A stretch of DNA of 64,000 nucleotides from Lentimicrobiaceae bacterium. Lineage in GTDB: Bacteria > Bacteroidota > Bacteroidia > Bacteroidales > UBA4417. Both the position numbers and the translations under genes were made by a program. Below, one piece after another: positions 9,027 to 18,163 of this stretch. The first letter of the stretch is position 1. The number at the start of each line of letters is the position of its first letter. The DNA lies in assembly GCA_028697555.1 (NCBI GenBank), contig JAQVEX010000002.1:11677-75676 (forward strand), read 5' to 3'. The notes under the pieces are model-generated. The model searched no databases and was not told the origin of the DNA. It saw nothing but the letters and a program-made list of their open reading frames with translations.

Positions 9027-9545
9027 TTATTTTATATTAAGCTTAGCTTTTACTTGTTGTGTTACGTCTTCGCCACCATCGGAAAACAGAATTAAGTCTT
9101 CAACAAGGTTAAAGATGTAGGCATAGTTTCCTTCTTTTGCTACCTCGTTAATAGCTGCTTTTACCTTTTCAATAAAAGGCTCAATCAGTTCTATTTGTTT
9201 GTTGTTTAATTCTTCGTTTGCCGAACGTTGAAATGCACCAATACGTGTTTCCAAGTCGCTAAGTTCTTTTTCTTTTGTCGATTTTATAATGCTTGACATT
9301 GTATTGACATTTTTTTGGTAGTCAATAGCTTTTGTTTCGTATTCATTTTGCATTATAGTAAGCTGATTTTGCAAGTCGTTGATGTATTTTTCCAACACTG
9401 TTTTCACGGTATCTTGTCCCGGCATTTGTTCTAAAACTTCGTTGAACTTTACGTGTCCTATTTTACCGGCTTTTTGAGCGTACATGCTGCCACTCAATAA
9501 GATTATGCCTGCTAAGGCTAAAATTTTTACAAAAGATTTTCTCAT
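9027..9545 (-). CDS. OmpH/Skp family periplasmic chaperone
   Basis: 172 aa with a signal peptide and a coiled-coil-rich body. Downstream of bamA, as in the conserved Bacteroidota cluster. Confidence 0.8.
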   Translation of the reverse strand: MRKSFVKILALAGIILLSGSMYAQKAGKIGHVKFNEVLEQMPGQDTVKTVLEKYINDLQNQLTIMQNEYETKAIDYQKNVNTMSSIIKSTKEKELSDLETRIGAFQRSANEELNNKQIELIEPFIEKVKAAINEVAKEGNYAYIFNLVEDLILFSDGGEDVTQQVKAKLNIK

Positions 9546-9583
9546 CGTTATTAATTATTTTTTTAGTTCCTAATTTGTTTTTG

Positions 9584-9591
9584 CAAAAGTA
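9584..9591 (-). promoter_or_regulatory. Bacteroidota -7 promoter box (TACTTTTG) upstream of the distal skp
   Basis: Reverse complement matches TAnnTTTG, about 39 nt upstream of the ATG at 9545. Confidence 0.4.
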
Positions 9592-9634
9592 GCAATAAAA
9601 TTATATTAAGCTGTTTTTTAGAAAAAATTAGCAA

Positions 9635-10153
9635 TTATTTGTACGTATAACCTAAATGGTCGAGTATCATTTCGCTGATATCGTATTTTGGATTTGAGTA
9701 GATAATAGTTGCATTACCGGCTTTATCTAAAATAATTGCGTAGTTTTCTTCCTTTGCAATTGCTTCAATGGCTGTGTATATTTTTTCCTGAATTGGGGTA
9801 ATAAGTTCTTCGCGTTTTTTTTGTAAATCGCCATCTTTACCGAAGCGTTTTTTTTGCAATTCTTTTACTTCCTTTTCCTTATTAATTATTTCATTTTCTC
9901 TTTTTTGCTTCATTTCTTCGGGTAGCAAAACCGCTTCTTTTTGGTATCTTTTGTAAAGATTGTCGATTTCCGAAAACTTTTCTTCAATTTCTTCTTGCCA
10001 TTGTACCGAGAAATTTTCCAATTGAGTTTGTGCATCGCCGTACTCCGGAATGTTTTGCATGATGTATGCCGTGTTAACGTAAGCTATTTTTTGAGCCTGA
10101 GCCGACAAAAAACCTGCTAATAAAGCTATGGTAATAATAATGACTTTTTTCAT
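9635..10153 (-). CDS. OmpH/Skp family periplasmic chaperone (second copy)
   Basis: 172 aa with a signal peptide. Paralog of the neighbouring ORF and directly downstream of bamA. Confidence 0.8.
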   Translation of the reverse strand: MKKVIIITIALLAGFLSAQAQKIAYVNTAYIMQNIPEYGDAQTQLENFSVQWQEEIEEKFSEIDNLYKRYQKEAVLLPEEMKQKRENEIINKEKEVKELQKKRFGKDGDLQKKREELITPIQEKIYTAIEAIAKEENYAIILDKAGNATIIYSNPKYDISEMILDHLGYTYK

Positions 10154-10223
10154 TGCTTAAAATTTTTGTTTGAGTTATTATTTTCTTTTTCAAGATATAG
10201 GAACAACAAAAAACTTGCCAAAT

Positions 10224-12845
10224 TTAATCAATAGATGAGTTTATGGAGAAGTGGAACTGACCCTTGTTGGCAGAAGGCATACCAGGGATTGGGTCAAATC
10301 CGTAACCCCAGTCTAAACCAAGCAAGCCGAACATTGGTAAATATACTCTCAATCCCACACCTGCCGATCGTCTAACGTTAAATGGGTTGTAGTCTTTAAT
10401 TTTGTCCCAAGTGTTTCCGGCTTCAACAAAAATAGATGCATAAATTGTTGAATTCGGATTAAGGGTTAGCGGGTACCTTATCTCTAATGTGGATTTGTTG
10501 TATATACTGGCACCCTTTTTAGTTGTGGTTAGTGACTCGTTTTCGTAACCTCTAAAGCCTATAACCTGTCTTCCGTCGATGTAGCCGTAGCCGCTCATTC
10601 CGTCTCCACCCATAACGTATCTGTTAAATGCAGTAATGTTTAAGTCGGGGTTGTATTTTCCTATAAAGCCGGCTTTTGTCCTAACCATAAGCACCAAGTC
10701 GCCTACAATTTGCTGATAAAATGTAGCGTTTAGCTTCCATTGGTGAAACTCAACCAAGCGATATTTGTCCACATTGCTTTTTTGTTCGTAAGCATTAGGA
10801 AACATAATGGAGTAGGGTGGTGTAGCTTCTACCGATACGCTAAATTCGGAACCTACTCTGGGGTAAATGGGCGCATCGTTTGAGTAACGACTTAAACCAA
10901 TTGTGTACGAATAGTTTTGATACAAACCGTTACCGTCGAGAACAGCAAGGTATGGAGTGTAATTTCTTAGTCGATACTGTTGTAAGTTTAGCGAGTGGAA
11001 GAAACTGAAATAGTTGTCGGGCCAATTCAGACGACGACTTAATCCAACACTAAAACCTAAAATATTATATTGTATCCAATCTTCTTTTGCTTCCTTATAG
11101 TTGTGTGTGAGATTGGAATTGTAGATAGAAACGCTAAATTGGTTTGGTCTTTTGCCTCCCAACCATGGTTCGACAAATGATGCTGAAATGCTGTAATAAC
11201 CTCTGCCATACGATTGACCTCTGAGCGATAATCTTTGTCCATCTCCCGAAGGGATAGGTTTCCATGATTCTTTTTTGAAGAATTTTTTAGTGGAAAAGTT
11301 ATTAAAAGAAACGCCCAAGGTTCCTATGAATCTTCTAAAGCCCCATCCGCCCGATAGTTCTAATTGGTCAGAAGATGTTTCTTCAACGCTATAAGCTATA
11401 TCCACGGTTCCGTTATTGGGGTCGATGTTGGTAGGGGTAATTCCCATAGTTTCGGCGTTAAAGTATTTTAGTTGGCTTAAAGATGTACGGCTTCGCAAAA
11501 CATCCGAACGGCTGAATAATTGTCCGGGTCGGCTTGCCAATTCGCGAATTATTACTCCATCGTTTGTTCGTGTGTTGCCCGAAACAGTAACCTTATTTAT
11601 ACGCATTTGCTTGCCTTCTCTAATTCTTATTTGCATATCAATAGAGTCGTTTTCAACTCCCATAATAACGGGTTCAATATTGCAGGTAAGGTAGCCGTCG
11701 TCGGCAAATAAGCTCATTAAATCAACACCTGTAGGGTTGAAGTTTAAGACCGTTTCTAGATATTCAAGGTTGTAAACATCTCCTTTTTCAATGCTTATAA
11801 ACGATGCAAGCTCCTCGGAATTGAATTTGGTGTTTCCGGCAAAAGTAATGTCTCGGTAGTAATATTTATTGCCTTCGTTAACGTGCAGGTCTATATTCAG
11901 GCGTTGTTTGTTGATATTGTAAACCGTATCTTCGGTAATGTGAGCATCGATAAAGCCGTGGTTGTGGTATTTTCTGATTATGTTTTGTTTATCTTCTTCG
12001 TAATCTTTTTCTAAAAATTTAGAACCTTTAAAAACACGCACTTTTATGTTTTGGTCGGCTAAATCGTTTACCGTATTGGGCAATTCGTTAATACTGTTAT
12101 CAAACAGGTGATAGAAAGCCGAGTAAATTGTTTGGTTTGTAAATTTTAAGAAGTTGTATTTTCCGGCTTCTTTGGTTTTCTTCATAGCCGATTTGATAGC
12201 TGTTTGGCTAAGCTTATCGTTGCCGTAGATGTTTATTTTTTCAATTCTAACCTTTTTACCTTTATTTATGCTGATTTTTAAGTCAACAAAATTTTTGAGA
12301 GATGTGTCTTCTACTTGTACGATGTTTACTTTGGTAGCCGAAAAACCCTTATTTTTATAATGTTTTTGAATGGTATTGCTAACTCTGTTGATTAAGTTTT
12401 CGGTAACGACGTCGCCTCTCGATATTTTTAATTTATCGCGAAGGTCGGTGGCTTCGCCTTTTCTAACGCCAACAATGCTGAATTTTGATAATCGTGGGCG
12501 TTCGGTAACAATAATATCTAAAAATATTTGGTCGTTGTGTATTCTGTTAGACACTATTTTAACATCTTCAAATAAGCCTTGTTTCCAAATGTTTTCAATA
12601 GCTTTTTTAATTTTATCGCTTGGGATTTCAATTTTGTTGCCAACACGCAATTCCGAAATTGAAATAAGCATTGAAGTGCTTATATGTTGTGTTCCTGTAA
12701 CCGTTATACCTCCAATTGTATATTCTTTTGGGGCGGCGTAGTTTACTTCCAACTTTTCTTCGCCAATAACAATTTGAGCTTTTATGTTTTGAGCCAACAG
12801 TAGCGCAATGATAATTAAAAGTATGTTTATGTATTTGTTTTTCAT
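10224..12845 (-). CDS. bamA: Outer membrane protein assembly factor BamA (Omp85)
   Basis: 873 aa with a signal peptide, POTRA-like N-terminal repeats and a C-terminal surface-antigen beta-barrel ending in an aromatic-rich motif. Synteny uppS-bamA-skp-skp. Confidence 0.9.
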   Translation of the reverse strand: MKNKYINILLIIIALLLAQNIKAQIVIGEEKLEVNYAAPKEYTIGGITVTGTQHISTSMLISISELRVGNKIEIPSDKIKKAIENIWKQGLFEDVKIVSNRIHNDQIFLDIIVTERPRLSKFSIVGVRKGEATDLRDKLKISRGDVVTENLINRVSNTIQKHYKNKGFSATKVNIVQVEDTSLKNFVDLKISINKGKKVRIEKINIYGNDKLSQTAIKSAMKKTKEAGKYNFLKFTNQTIYSAFYHLFDNSINELPNTVNDLADQNIKVRVFKGSKFLEKDYEEDKQNIIRKYHNHGFIDAHITEDTVYNINKQRLNIDLHVNEGNKYYYRDITFAGNTKFNSEELASFISIEKGDVYNLEYLETVLNFNPTGVDLMSLFADDGYLTCNIEPVIMGVENDSIDMQIRIREGKQMRINKVTVSGNTRTNDGVIIRELASRPGQLFSRSDVLRSRTSLSQLKYFNAETMGITPTNIDPNNGTVDIAYSVEETSSDQLELSGGWGFRRFIGTLGVSFNNFSTKKFFKKESWKPIPSGDGQRLSLRGQSYGRGYYSISASFVEPWLGGKRPNQFSVSIYNSNLTHNYKEAKEDWIQYNILGFSVGLSRRLNWPDNYFSFFHSLNLQQYRLRNYTPYLAVLDGNGLYQNYSYTIGLSRYSNDAPIYPRVGSEFSVSVEATPPYSIMFPNAYEQKSNVDKYRLVEFHQWKLNATFYQQIVGDLVLMVRTKAGFIGKYNPDLNITAFNRYVMGGDGMSGYGYIDGRQVIGFRGYENESLTTTKKGASIYNKSTLEIRYPLTLNPNSTIYASIFVEAGNTWDKIKDYNPFNVRRSAGVGLRVYLPMFGLLGLDWGYGFDPIPGMPSANKGQFHFSINSSID

Positions 12846-12900
12846 TTGGTTTTGCTATGTAAAGCTTATATTTATCAAATTGTTATGCCTAAAAATCTGT

Positions 12901-13665
12901 TTACTTAAGTATTTGTTTACCTGTTTTGCCAAAACGTCTTTCTCTGCTTTGGTAGTTGATAATGGCGTCAAACAAGTCTTTTTTTCTAAAATCGGGCCAA
13001 AGTACGTTGGTAAAATATAGTTCGGTATATGCGCTTTGCCACATTAAAAAGTTGCTGGTTCTAACTTCTCCACTTGTTCTGATCATAAGTTCGGGATCGG
13101 GAACATTCGGGTCGTACATATAACTTGCAATTAGCTGCTCGTTTATATCTTTTTCCGAAATTTTTTGTTCCAACAAGTCCGAAGCTATTTTTTTAACTGC
13201 ACTAATAATTTCGCTTCTACCGCTGTAGCTAAGAGCTAAGTACAAGTGTAGGTTGCTATCTTTAGCATCGGTTTTTTGAATAGCTTGCAAAAGTTTTTGT
13301 TGCACTTCGGGGTATAATCTTTCGGTATCGCCAATAGTTTTTAAGCAAACTTTATTTTCTATCAAGCCGTCGGTTTGTGTATCAATTGATTCGATTAGCA
13401 GTTGCATCAGAGCATCGACTTCACTTTTGGGGCGATTCCAATTTTCGGTAGAAAAAGCATAAACAGTAAGGTACTTAACACCTATTTGTATAGAACCCTC
13501 GATGGTATCTTTAAGAGCGTCGATAGCATTTTGGTGTCCGAATATTCTATCTTCGCCTCTACGTTCTGCCCAACGTCCGTTTCCGTCCATAATAACGGCA
13601 ACGTGTTGGGGAACACGCTCCTTATCTATCATTGAGATTATGCTATCAAGTTTTGTTTGCTCCAT
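12901..13665 (-). CDS. uppS: Undecaprenyl diphosphate synthase (isoprenyl transferase)
   Basis: 254 aa with the motifs HVAVIMDGNGRWA and RTSGE.R.SNFLLWQ. Confidence 0.92.
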   Translation of the reverse strand: MEQTKLDSIISMIDKERVPQHVAVIMDGNGRWAERRGEDRIFGHQNAIDALKDTIEGSIQIGVKYLTVYAFSTENWNRPKSEVDALMQLLIESIDTQTDGLIENKVCLKTIGDTERLYPEVQQKLLQAIQKTDAKDSNLHLYLALSYSGRSEIISAVKKIASDLLEQKISEKDINEQLIASYMYDPNVPDPELMIRTSGEVRTSNFLMWQSAYTELYFTNVLWPDFRKKDLFDAIINYQSRERRFGKTGKQILK

Positions 13666-13674
13666 AATTAATCG

Positions 13675-13682
13675 ACAAAGGT
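13675..13682 (-). promoter_or_regulatory. Bacteroidota -7 promoter box (TACCTTTG) close to the uppS start
   Basis: Reverse complement matches TAnnTTTG. Only 9 nt separate the box from the ATG. Confidence 0.35.
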
Positions 13683-13762
13683 AATATTTATTTTAGCATA
13701 GTATATTTACTTGTGTTAAAATATTTTAATTGCAAAATGACAGTTTGCTGAGAATTATTGGT

Positions 13763-14599
13763 TTAATAGTTACTATAATTCTGTTGATTTAAGCATTTTT
13801 CATTTTTCAATGAACTTAATTTAACAGTAACCGTAAGTCCAGCAAATGAATACCAATCCTTATCTTTTGAGTTACCCCTTTTCATACCGTCCATGTGCGA
13901 TTTGTTCGGGTCGGAGGCTAAGATTTCGTTAGTGTTGGGAGCATTAGGGTTGGAAGCTAAATCCATATAGTATGTGCGACTTACATCATCAAGATAATCG
14001 GTAAAAGTTTTTCGCATGCCCCATTCCAAACCTAATCCAACGTATTTGTTCAAGCTGTACTTAACACCTATTCCAAATGGAATACACAATGAAACCAATT
14101 TGTATTCGTCGGGGCGGTCGTTTCCTGTGTTTTGTCCTTCGGTGTGCAGTGGTTTAAGTTCTACCCAATTGTCGTTGACGTAACCTTTGGGGTTAAACGT
14201 AAAGAAACCAACTCCTCCGAACATGTATGGAGTTATTCTATGCTTGATACTTCCGATGAAGTAACGCAAAAAATTAACTTCGGCTTGAACGCTTCCTTCA
14301 ATAATTTGCGATTTGAAATTAAGATTTCTTTCCAAATTAGCTTTACTCACTGCATCGTCGGCTTGCACTGTTCCCATAAATCCTTGTGCTCTAACTGCAA
14401 CGCGGTCGTTGAAATTGTACCTGTACAAAAAACCACCGGCAGCCTTAGGCATTAAAAACGGTTTGTTCGGATTTAGTTCGCCCATGTAGTACATAACTCC
14501 GCCGGCAAATCCCAACTCGCCGTATCCCTGCGACTTACCCGTTTGTATTTCTATAACTAAAACACATAGCAGTAGTGTGAAAAGGTGTTTTATTTTCAT
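13763..14599 (-). CDS. Small outer-membrane beta-barrel protein, DUF6089/PorG-like
   Basis: 278 aa with a signal peptide and alternating aromatic/Gly beta-strand pattern. Sits between nadK and uppS-bamA, the position I recall for the T9SS accessory barrel PorG in Porphyromonas. The assignment rests on synteny and composition only. Confidence 0.45.
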   Translation of the reverse strand: MKIKHLFTLLLCVLVIEIQTGKSQGYGELGFAGGVMYYMGELNPNKPFLMPKAAGGFLYRYNFNDRVAVRAQGFMGTVQADDAVSKANLERNLNFKSQIIEGSVQAEVNFLRYFIGSIKHRITPYMFGGVGFFTFNPKGYVNDNWVELKPLHTEGQNTGNDRPDEYKLVSLCIPFGIGVKYSLNKYVGLGLEWGMRKTFTDYLDDVSRTYYMDLASNPNAPNTNEILASDPNKSHMDGMKRGNSKDKDWYSFAGLTVTVKLSSLKNEKCLNQQNYSNY

Positions 14600-14628
14600 T
14601 GTTTATATTCGATTATTTTACTTTTTGT

Positions 14629-15495
14629 TCAAATTCTAATATCTTTTCCCCAATTTAGTTTTGTTCGCAATGTAGAGAAAAAGTTTTCGTTCAGTCGTTG
14701 TATAAGTCTGACTTTATGCTCAGACTTGCGCACCAATATAACCGTGTCGTTATTGATGTTAAAACTTTTACCGTCGACAGTAACTAAAGCTATATTTTCT
14801 CTACTTTCAATTTTAATTTTAATTGTACCATTATCAGGAATAACGAGTGGACGTACCGATAAATTGTGTGGAGCTATAGGTGTTATTAAAATAATTTTGC
14901 TGTCGGGTGTAACAATAGGTCCGTTGCAACTCATAGAGTATGCGGTTGAGCCGGTAGGAGTAGCAACAATAATTCCGTCGGCTCTAAATGAGTAAATAAA
15001 TTGGTCATTAACCCACACGCTGTTTGTAAGCATGCTACCGGTGTCTTTTTTGTTTATTGAAATTTCGTTAATAGCCATATACTTGTGCTCGTTAAACAAA
15101 ATAGACAGCAGTGTACGTTTTTGTGTGGTGTATCTTCTTTTAATAATTTCGTTGAGAGCTTCCGAAACTTCGTCTTTTTGGATGCTGGCTAAAAAGCCCA
15201 TACTTCCGACATTAATTCCGGCAATAGGAACGTTGGTGCATTTGACCAAATGCACAGTGTCTATTATAGTACCGTCGCCACCAATTGACAATATCAAATC
15301 TATGTTACTGCATTTGGTTATCGGTTCATCAAAGGTTTCAACATTTTCAATCTCGGGCAATTCCGATATTAAATCATCGTATAATGTATGCCAAATAAGG
15401 AGTTTGCAATTTTTTTTAAGCAGAAGCTTAACAACACCGACAACTTCGGGAATTTGTTCGGGTCTGAGTTTTTTTGAGTACAAGGCAACATTCAT
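14629..15495 (-). CDS. nadK: NAD(+) kinase
   Basis: 288 aa with the GGDGT motif and the conserved ATPTGSTAYS motif. Confidence 0.9.
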   Translation of the reverse strand: MNVALYSKKLRPEQIPEVVGVVKLLLKKNCKLLIWHTLYDDLISELPEIENVETFDEPITKCSNIDLILSIGGDGTIIDTVHLVKCTNVPIAGINVGSMGFLASIQKDEVSEALNEIIKRRYTTQKRTLLSILFNEHKYMAINEISINKKDTGSMLTNSVWVNDQFIYSFRADGIIVATPTGSTAYSMSCNGPIVTPDSKIILITPIAPHNLSVRPLVIPDNGTIKIKIESRENIALVTVDGKSFNINNDTVILVRKSEHKVRLIQRLNENFFSTLRTKLNWGKDIRI

Positions 15496-15506
15496 ATCAC
15501 AAAATA

Positions 15507-17894
15507 TTAAAATTTATAACCAATGCTTAGGCTCGCTCTAAATGGAAGTTTTAGTTCGTTCCATATTATTGCTTTGCCTATGCTTAAATTTACAGGACCT
15601 ATAATAGACATATAGCCAACATTTACACCCACTCCCCAAACCGAAAAATTGTGATTTGGGATATTGCTAAATGCGTTGATATTATCAACGCTCCACGCGT
15701 AGCTTACCATTGGGGTTAGGTATATTTTGTTATACACATTGTATTGTGCGCTTAAAGAAAGCGATAAAAAACCGTTTAACGGTAGTTCTCTATCGTTTAA
15801 GCCTATAAACGATATGTTTGAGCTTAATTCTTTTTCGCAGAAACCTCCCAGAGTAAATATATTGTTAAAATACATGTAGTCGGTAGATTTTAGGAATCTG
15901 CCTTTGGCGATGAAGAAGCCTATAGATGAATTTGCTCCTATCGTCAATTTGGGCAATACCAAAAAGCGGTGTTCGTAGCTAAACAAACCTCTAAAAAAAG
16001 CTTTAGTATTAGGCTTTGTATAAAACATACTGATAGGATTTATATAGTCGTATATTATATACGAACCAGTATCTACAGTGTTAAGTCCTTTTAGCTTGTA
16101 CTCGTTGTTAAAGCTGTATTTTAGTTCAAAATAGGTTCTGTTGCCGCTTTTTGGATAGTACGAAGTTTCAAGATTATTTTGTCGGTAAGTTAAATTTACT
16201 GCAAGCCCAGAGTGTCCGTAAAAGTTACCTGGTTTGTAAACGTCTATAACATTATCGAATGCGTTTTTTTTGGTATTCAAATGTTCAAGTTCGTACAGGA
16301 AATTAAATTCTAAATTAGAGTTGTTGTTTATCAGATATCCTAATCCTACCGAAAAAACCAAGTCGCCTTTGTTGTAGTTGGGCTGTCGGCTCGAGCTCAG
16401 GTCGTCGGTGTTTAAAATAATATTGTTACTGTTTAAATTTTTGTAAGTAGCCTTAATTTTGTACCAATAGTTTTTTGTGGGATCAAAAAACTGATAGTGA
16501 TTTAGCTGAGCTTTTATTCGTTCGCTAAGGTCGAAAGTGAATAAAGAACGAGAACGCTTTCCGAGTAAGTTGTAAAAAGTATAGTTTAAAAGCAGTCCGG
16601 TTTTTTCTTCAGTATCGTAGTGTACTGCTAATTTGAAGATACCTGCTTTTTTTTCTTTAATAAAAATATTAAGCTGTTGTTTGTTGTTGGTATCTTCGGA
16701 AATGTTGAAGTATGCGTTGTGAAACAAATTGGTTCCGAATATTTTATCAACACCTTCTTGTATTTGATAGAAATCGTATTTGTTGTTTGGTTTTAGCAAA
16801 CTTGTACTATTTAAGAACCATATAGTCGATTTATCGGTAATTGGTTGGTTGTTTTGATAGAAATAGTTGATTTTTGATATATCGTTTGTGATATTTTTGT
16901 TTATATCGCGGGTTTCAAAATCACATTCCTTTTGCATATTTGCGATTTCGACAAGCTGCGGCAATATTTTTCGTGCTTCCAGTTCTCCAATTTCTATTAT
17001 TTCCTTGAACGAAGCGAAGTCGGCTACGTTGTATTTGTCTATTGCAACATTCAGATTTAATAAAATATCGCAGTATCGCATTTGGTATTTTGCATCGTCT
17101 ATCGACTTAAGAGCAACTGCTCTTGATAGTATTTGAGCTACATCATCAATATTATCGTCAAAAAACATTTTATATCCGGTGTAGCTTCCGATAACTATGT
17201 CGGCACCCATATTTTTGGCTTCCAAAACGGGAAAATTATTATCTAAGCCTCCATCTACAAGCACATTATCATCTATATAAAACGGTTCGAAAGCTCCTGG
17301 AATTGCCATAGAAGCCCTTACAGCTGAGGGTAATGAACCACTTTTTTGTACTATTGTACCTCCGTTTGTAATGTCGGAAGTCATAATGCGAATAGGTATG
17401 GGCAAACTGTCGAAATCAAATATATTGCTTACGTGGTAAGTATATTCGTTAAACAAGGAGGAAATATAATTCCCTTCGATGATGGAAGTGGGTATTGTAG
17501 GCAAACCTTTTTTTATTGGCAATTCAAACAAATATTGTCGGTACTCGCTTTTTTCGTTGATGCTGATTTGGGATAGAGGCATTTTGTCGGATATAACCCT
17601 TTCCCAATCAATGTTGTAGCATATTGTTTTAATATCTTTTGCCGAAATCCCCGATGCGTACAAACTGCCTAAAATGGCTCCCATGCTTGTTCCGGTAATA
17701 TAATCTATTTTTATATTTAGCGAATCAATCATTTGGAGCAATCCTAAATGAGCTAAACCTTTGGCTCCGCCACCGCTAAGAGTTAAGCCCACCTTAGGAC
17801 ATGTTGTTTCATTTTGAGCAATAACGCCTTGATTTGCAACTAAAAGAAGTAATAATACGAGTAAACTTATTTTTATTGATTTGCAATTTTTCAT
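15507..17894 (-). CDS. Patatin-like phospholipase with a C-terminal Omp85-type beta-barrel
   Basis: 795 aa with a signal peptide, the oxyanion motif GGGAKG, the nucleophile motif GTSMG and DGG. The C-terminal half is beta-barrel-like and ends in F. Confidence 0.8.
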   Translation of the reverse strand: MKNCKSIKISLLVLLLLLVANQGVIAQNETTCPKVGLTLSGGGAKGLAHLGLLQMIDSLNIKIDYITGTSMGAILGSLYASGISAKDIKTICYNIDWERVISDKMPLSQISINEKSEYRQYLFELPIKKGLPTIPTSIIEGNYISSLFNEYTYHVSNIFDFDSLPIPIRIMTSDITNGGTIVQKSGSLPSAVRASMAIPGAFEPFYIDDNVLVDGGLDNNFPVLEAKNMGADIVIGSYTGYKMFFDDNIDDVAQILSRAVALKSIDDAKYQMRYCDILLNLNVAIDKYNVADFASFKEIIEIGELEARKILPQLVEIANMQKECDFETRDINKNITNDISKINYFYQNNQPITDKSTIWFLNSTSLLKPNNKYDFYQIQEGVDKIFGTNLFHNAYFNISEDTNNKQQLNIFIKEKKAGIFKLAVHYDTEEKTGLLLNYTFYNLLGKRSRSLFTFDLSERIKAQLNHYQFFDPTKNYWYKIKATYKNLNSNNIILNTDDLSSSRQPNYNKGDLVFSVGLGYLINNNSNLEFNFLYELEHLNTKKNAFDNVIDVYKPGNFYGHSGLAVNLTYRQNNLETSYYPKSGNRTYFELKYSFNNEYKLKGLNTVDTGSYIIYDYINPISMFYTKPNTKAFFRGLFSYEHRFLVLPKLTIGANSSIGFFIAKGRFLKSTDYMYFNNIFTLGGFCEKELSSNISFIGLNDRELPLNGFLSLSLSAQYNVYNKIYLTPMVSYAWSVDNINAFSNIPNHNFSVWGVGVNVGYMSIIGPVNLSIGKAIIWNELKLPFRASLSIGYKF

Positions 17895-17946
17895 AAACGA
17901 TTTAGCTCAAAAAAACAATAAATAGAAAAAGTCCGTTTTATTTTCA

Positions 17947-17954
17947 CAAAAGTA
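17947..17954 (-). promoter_or_regulatory. Bacteroidota -7 promoter box (TACTTTTG) for the patatin gene
   Basis: Reverse complement matches TAnnTTTG, about 53 nt upstream of the ATG at 17894. Confidence 0.4.
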
Positions 17955-18104
17955 AAAAATATTACAGATAAATAGAGCCTTTGGTGCTTAAATTTATTAT
18001 TTGTGCATTAATAAATTGTTAGGATAATTTGCACTTAATTTTCAGAAAGCATAACAATCGTTTTTAATTTTACTGTAATGCTTTATCTGCATTTGCGGCA
18101 CATA

Positions 18105-18143
18105 AACCAACAAGGGCGGAGGTGAACTCCGCCCTTGTTGGTT
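18105..18143 (-). terminator. Perfect 15-bp hairpin at the 3' end of the EF-G paralog; putative terminator without a clear U tract
   Basis: AACCAACAAGGGCGG (18105-18119) pairs with CCGCCCTTGTTGGTT (18129-18143) around a 9-nt loop. Confidence 0.5.
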
Positions 18144-18163
18144 TTATAAGAAATTTAGAAAAA

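Noticed and set aside
15507-17894. Patatin phospholipase as a CBASS-type or other defence effector
   Set aside because: The protein has a signal peptide and a C-terminal Omp85 barrel. There is no cyclase, sensor or partner gene, and it is embedded in a conserved envelope cluster.
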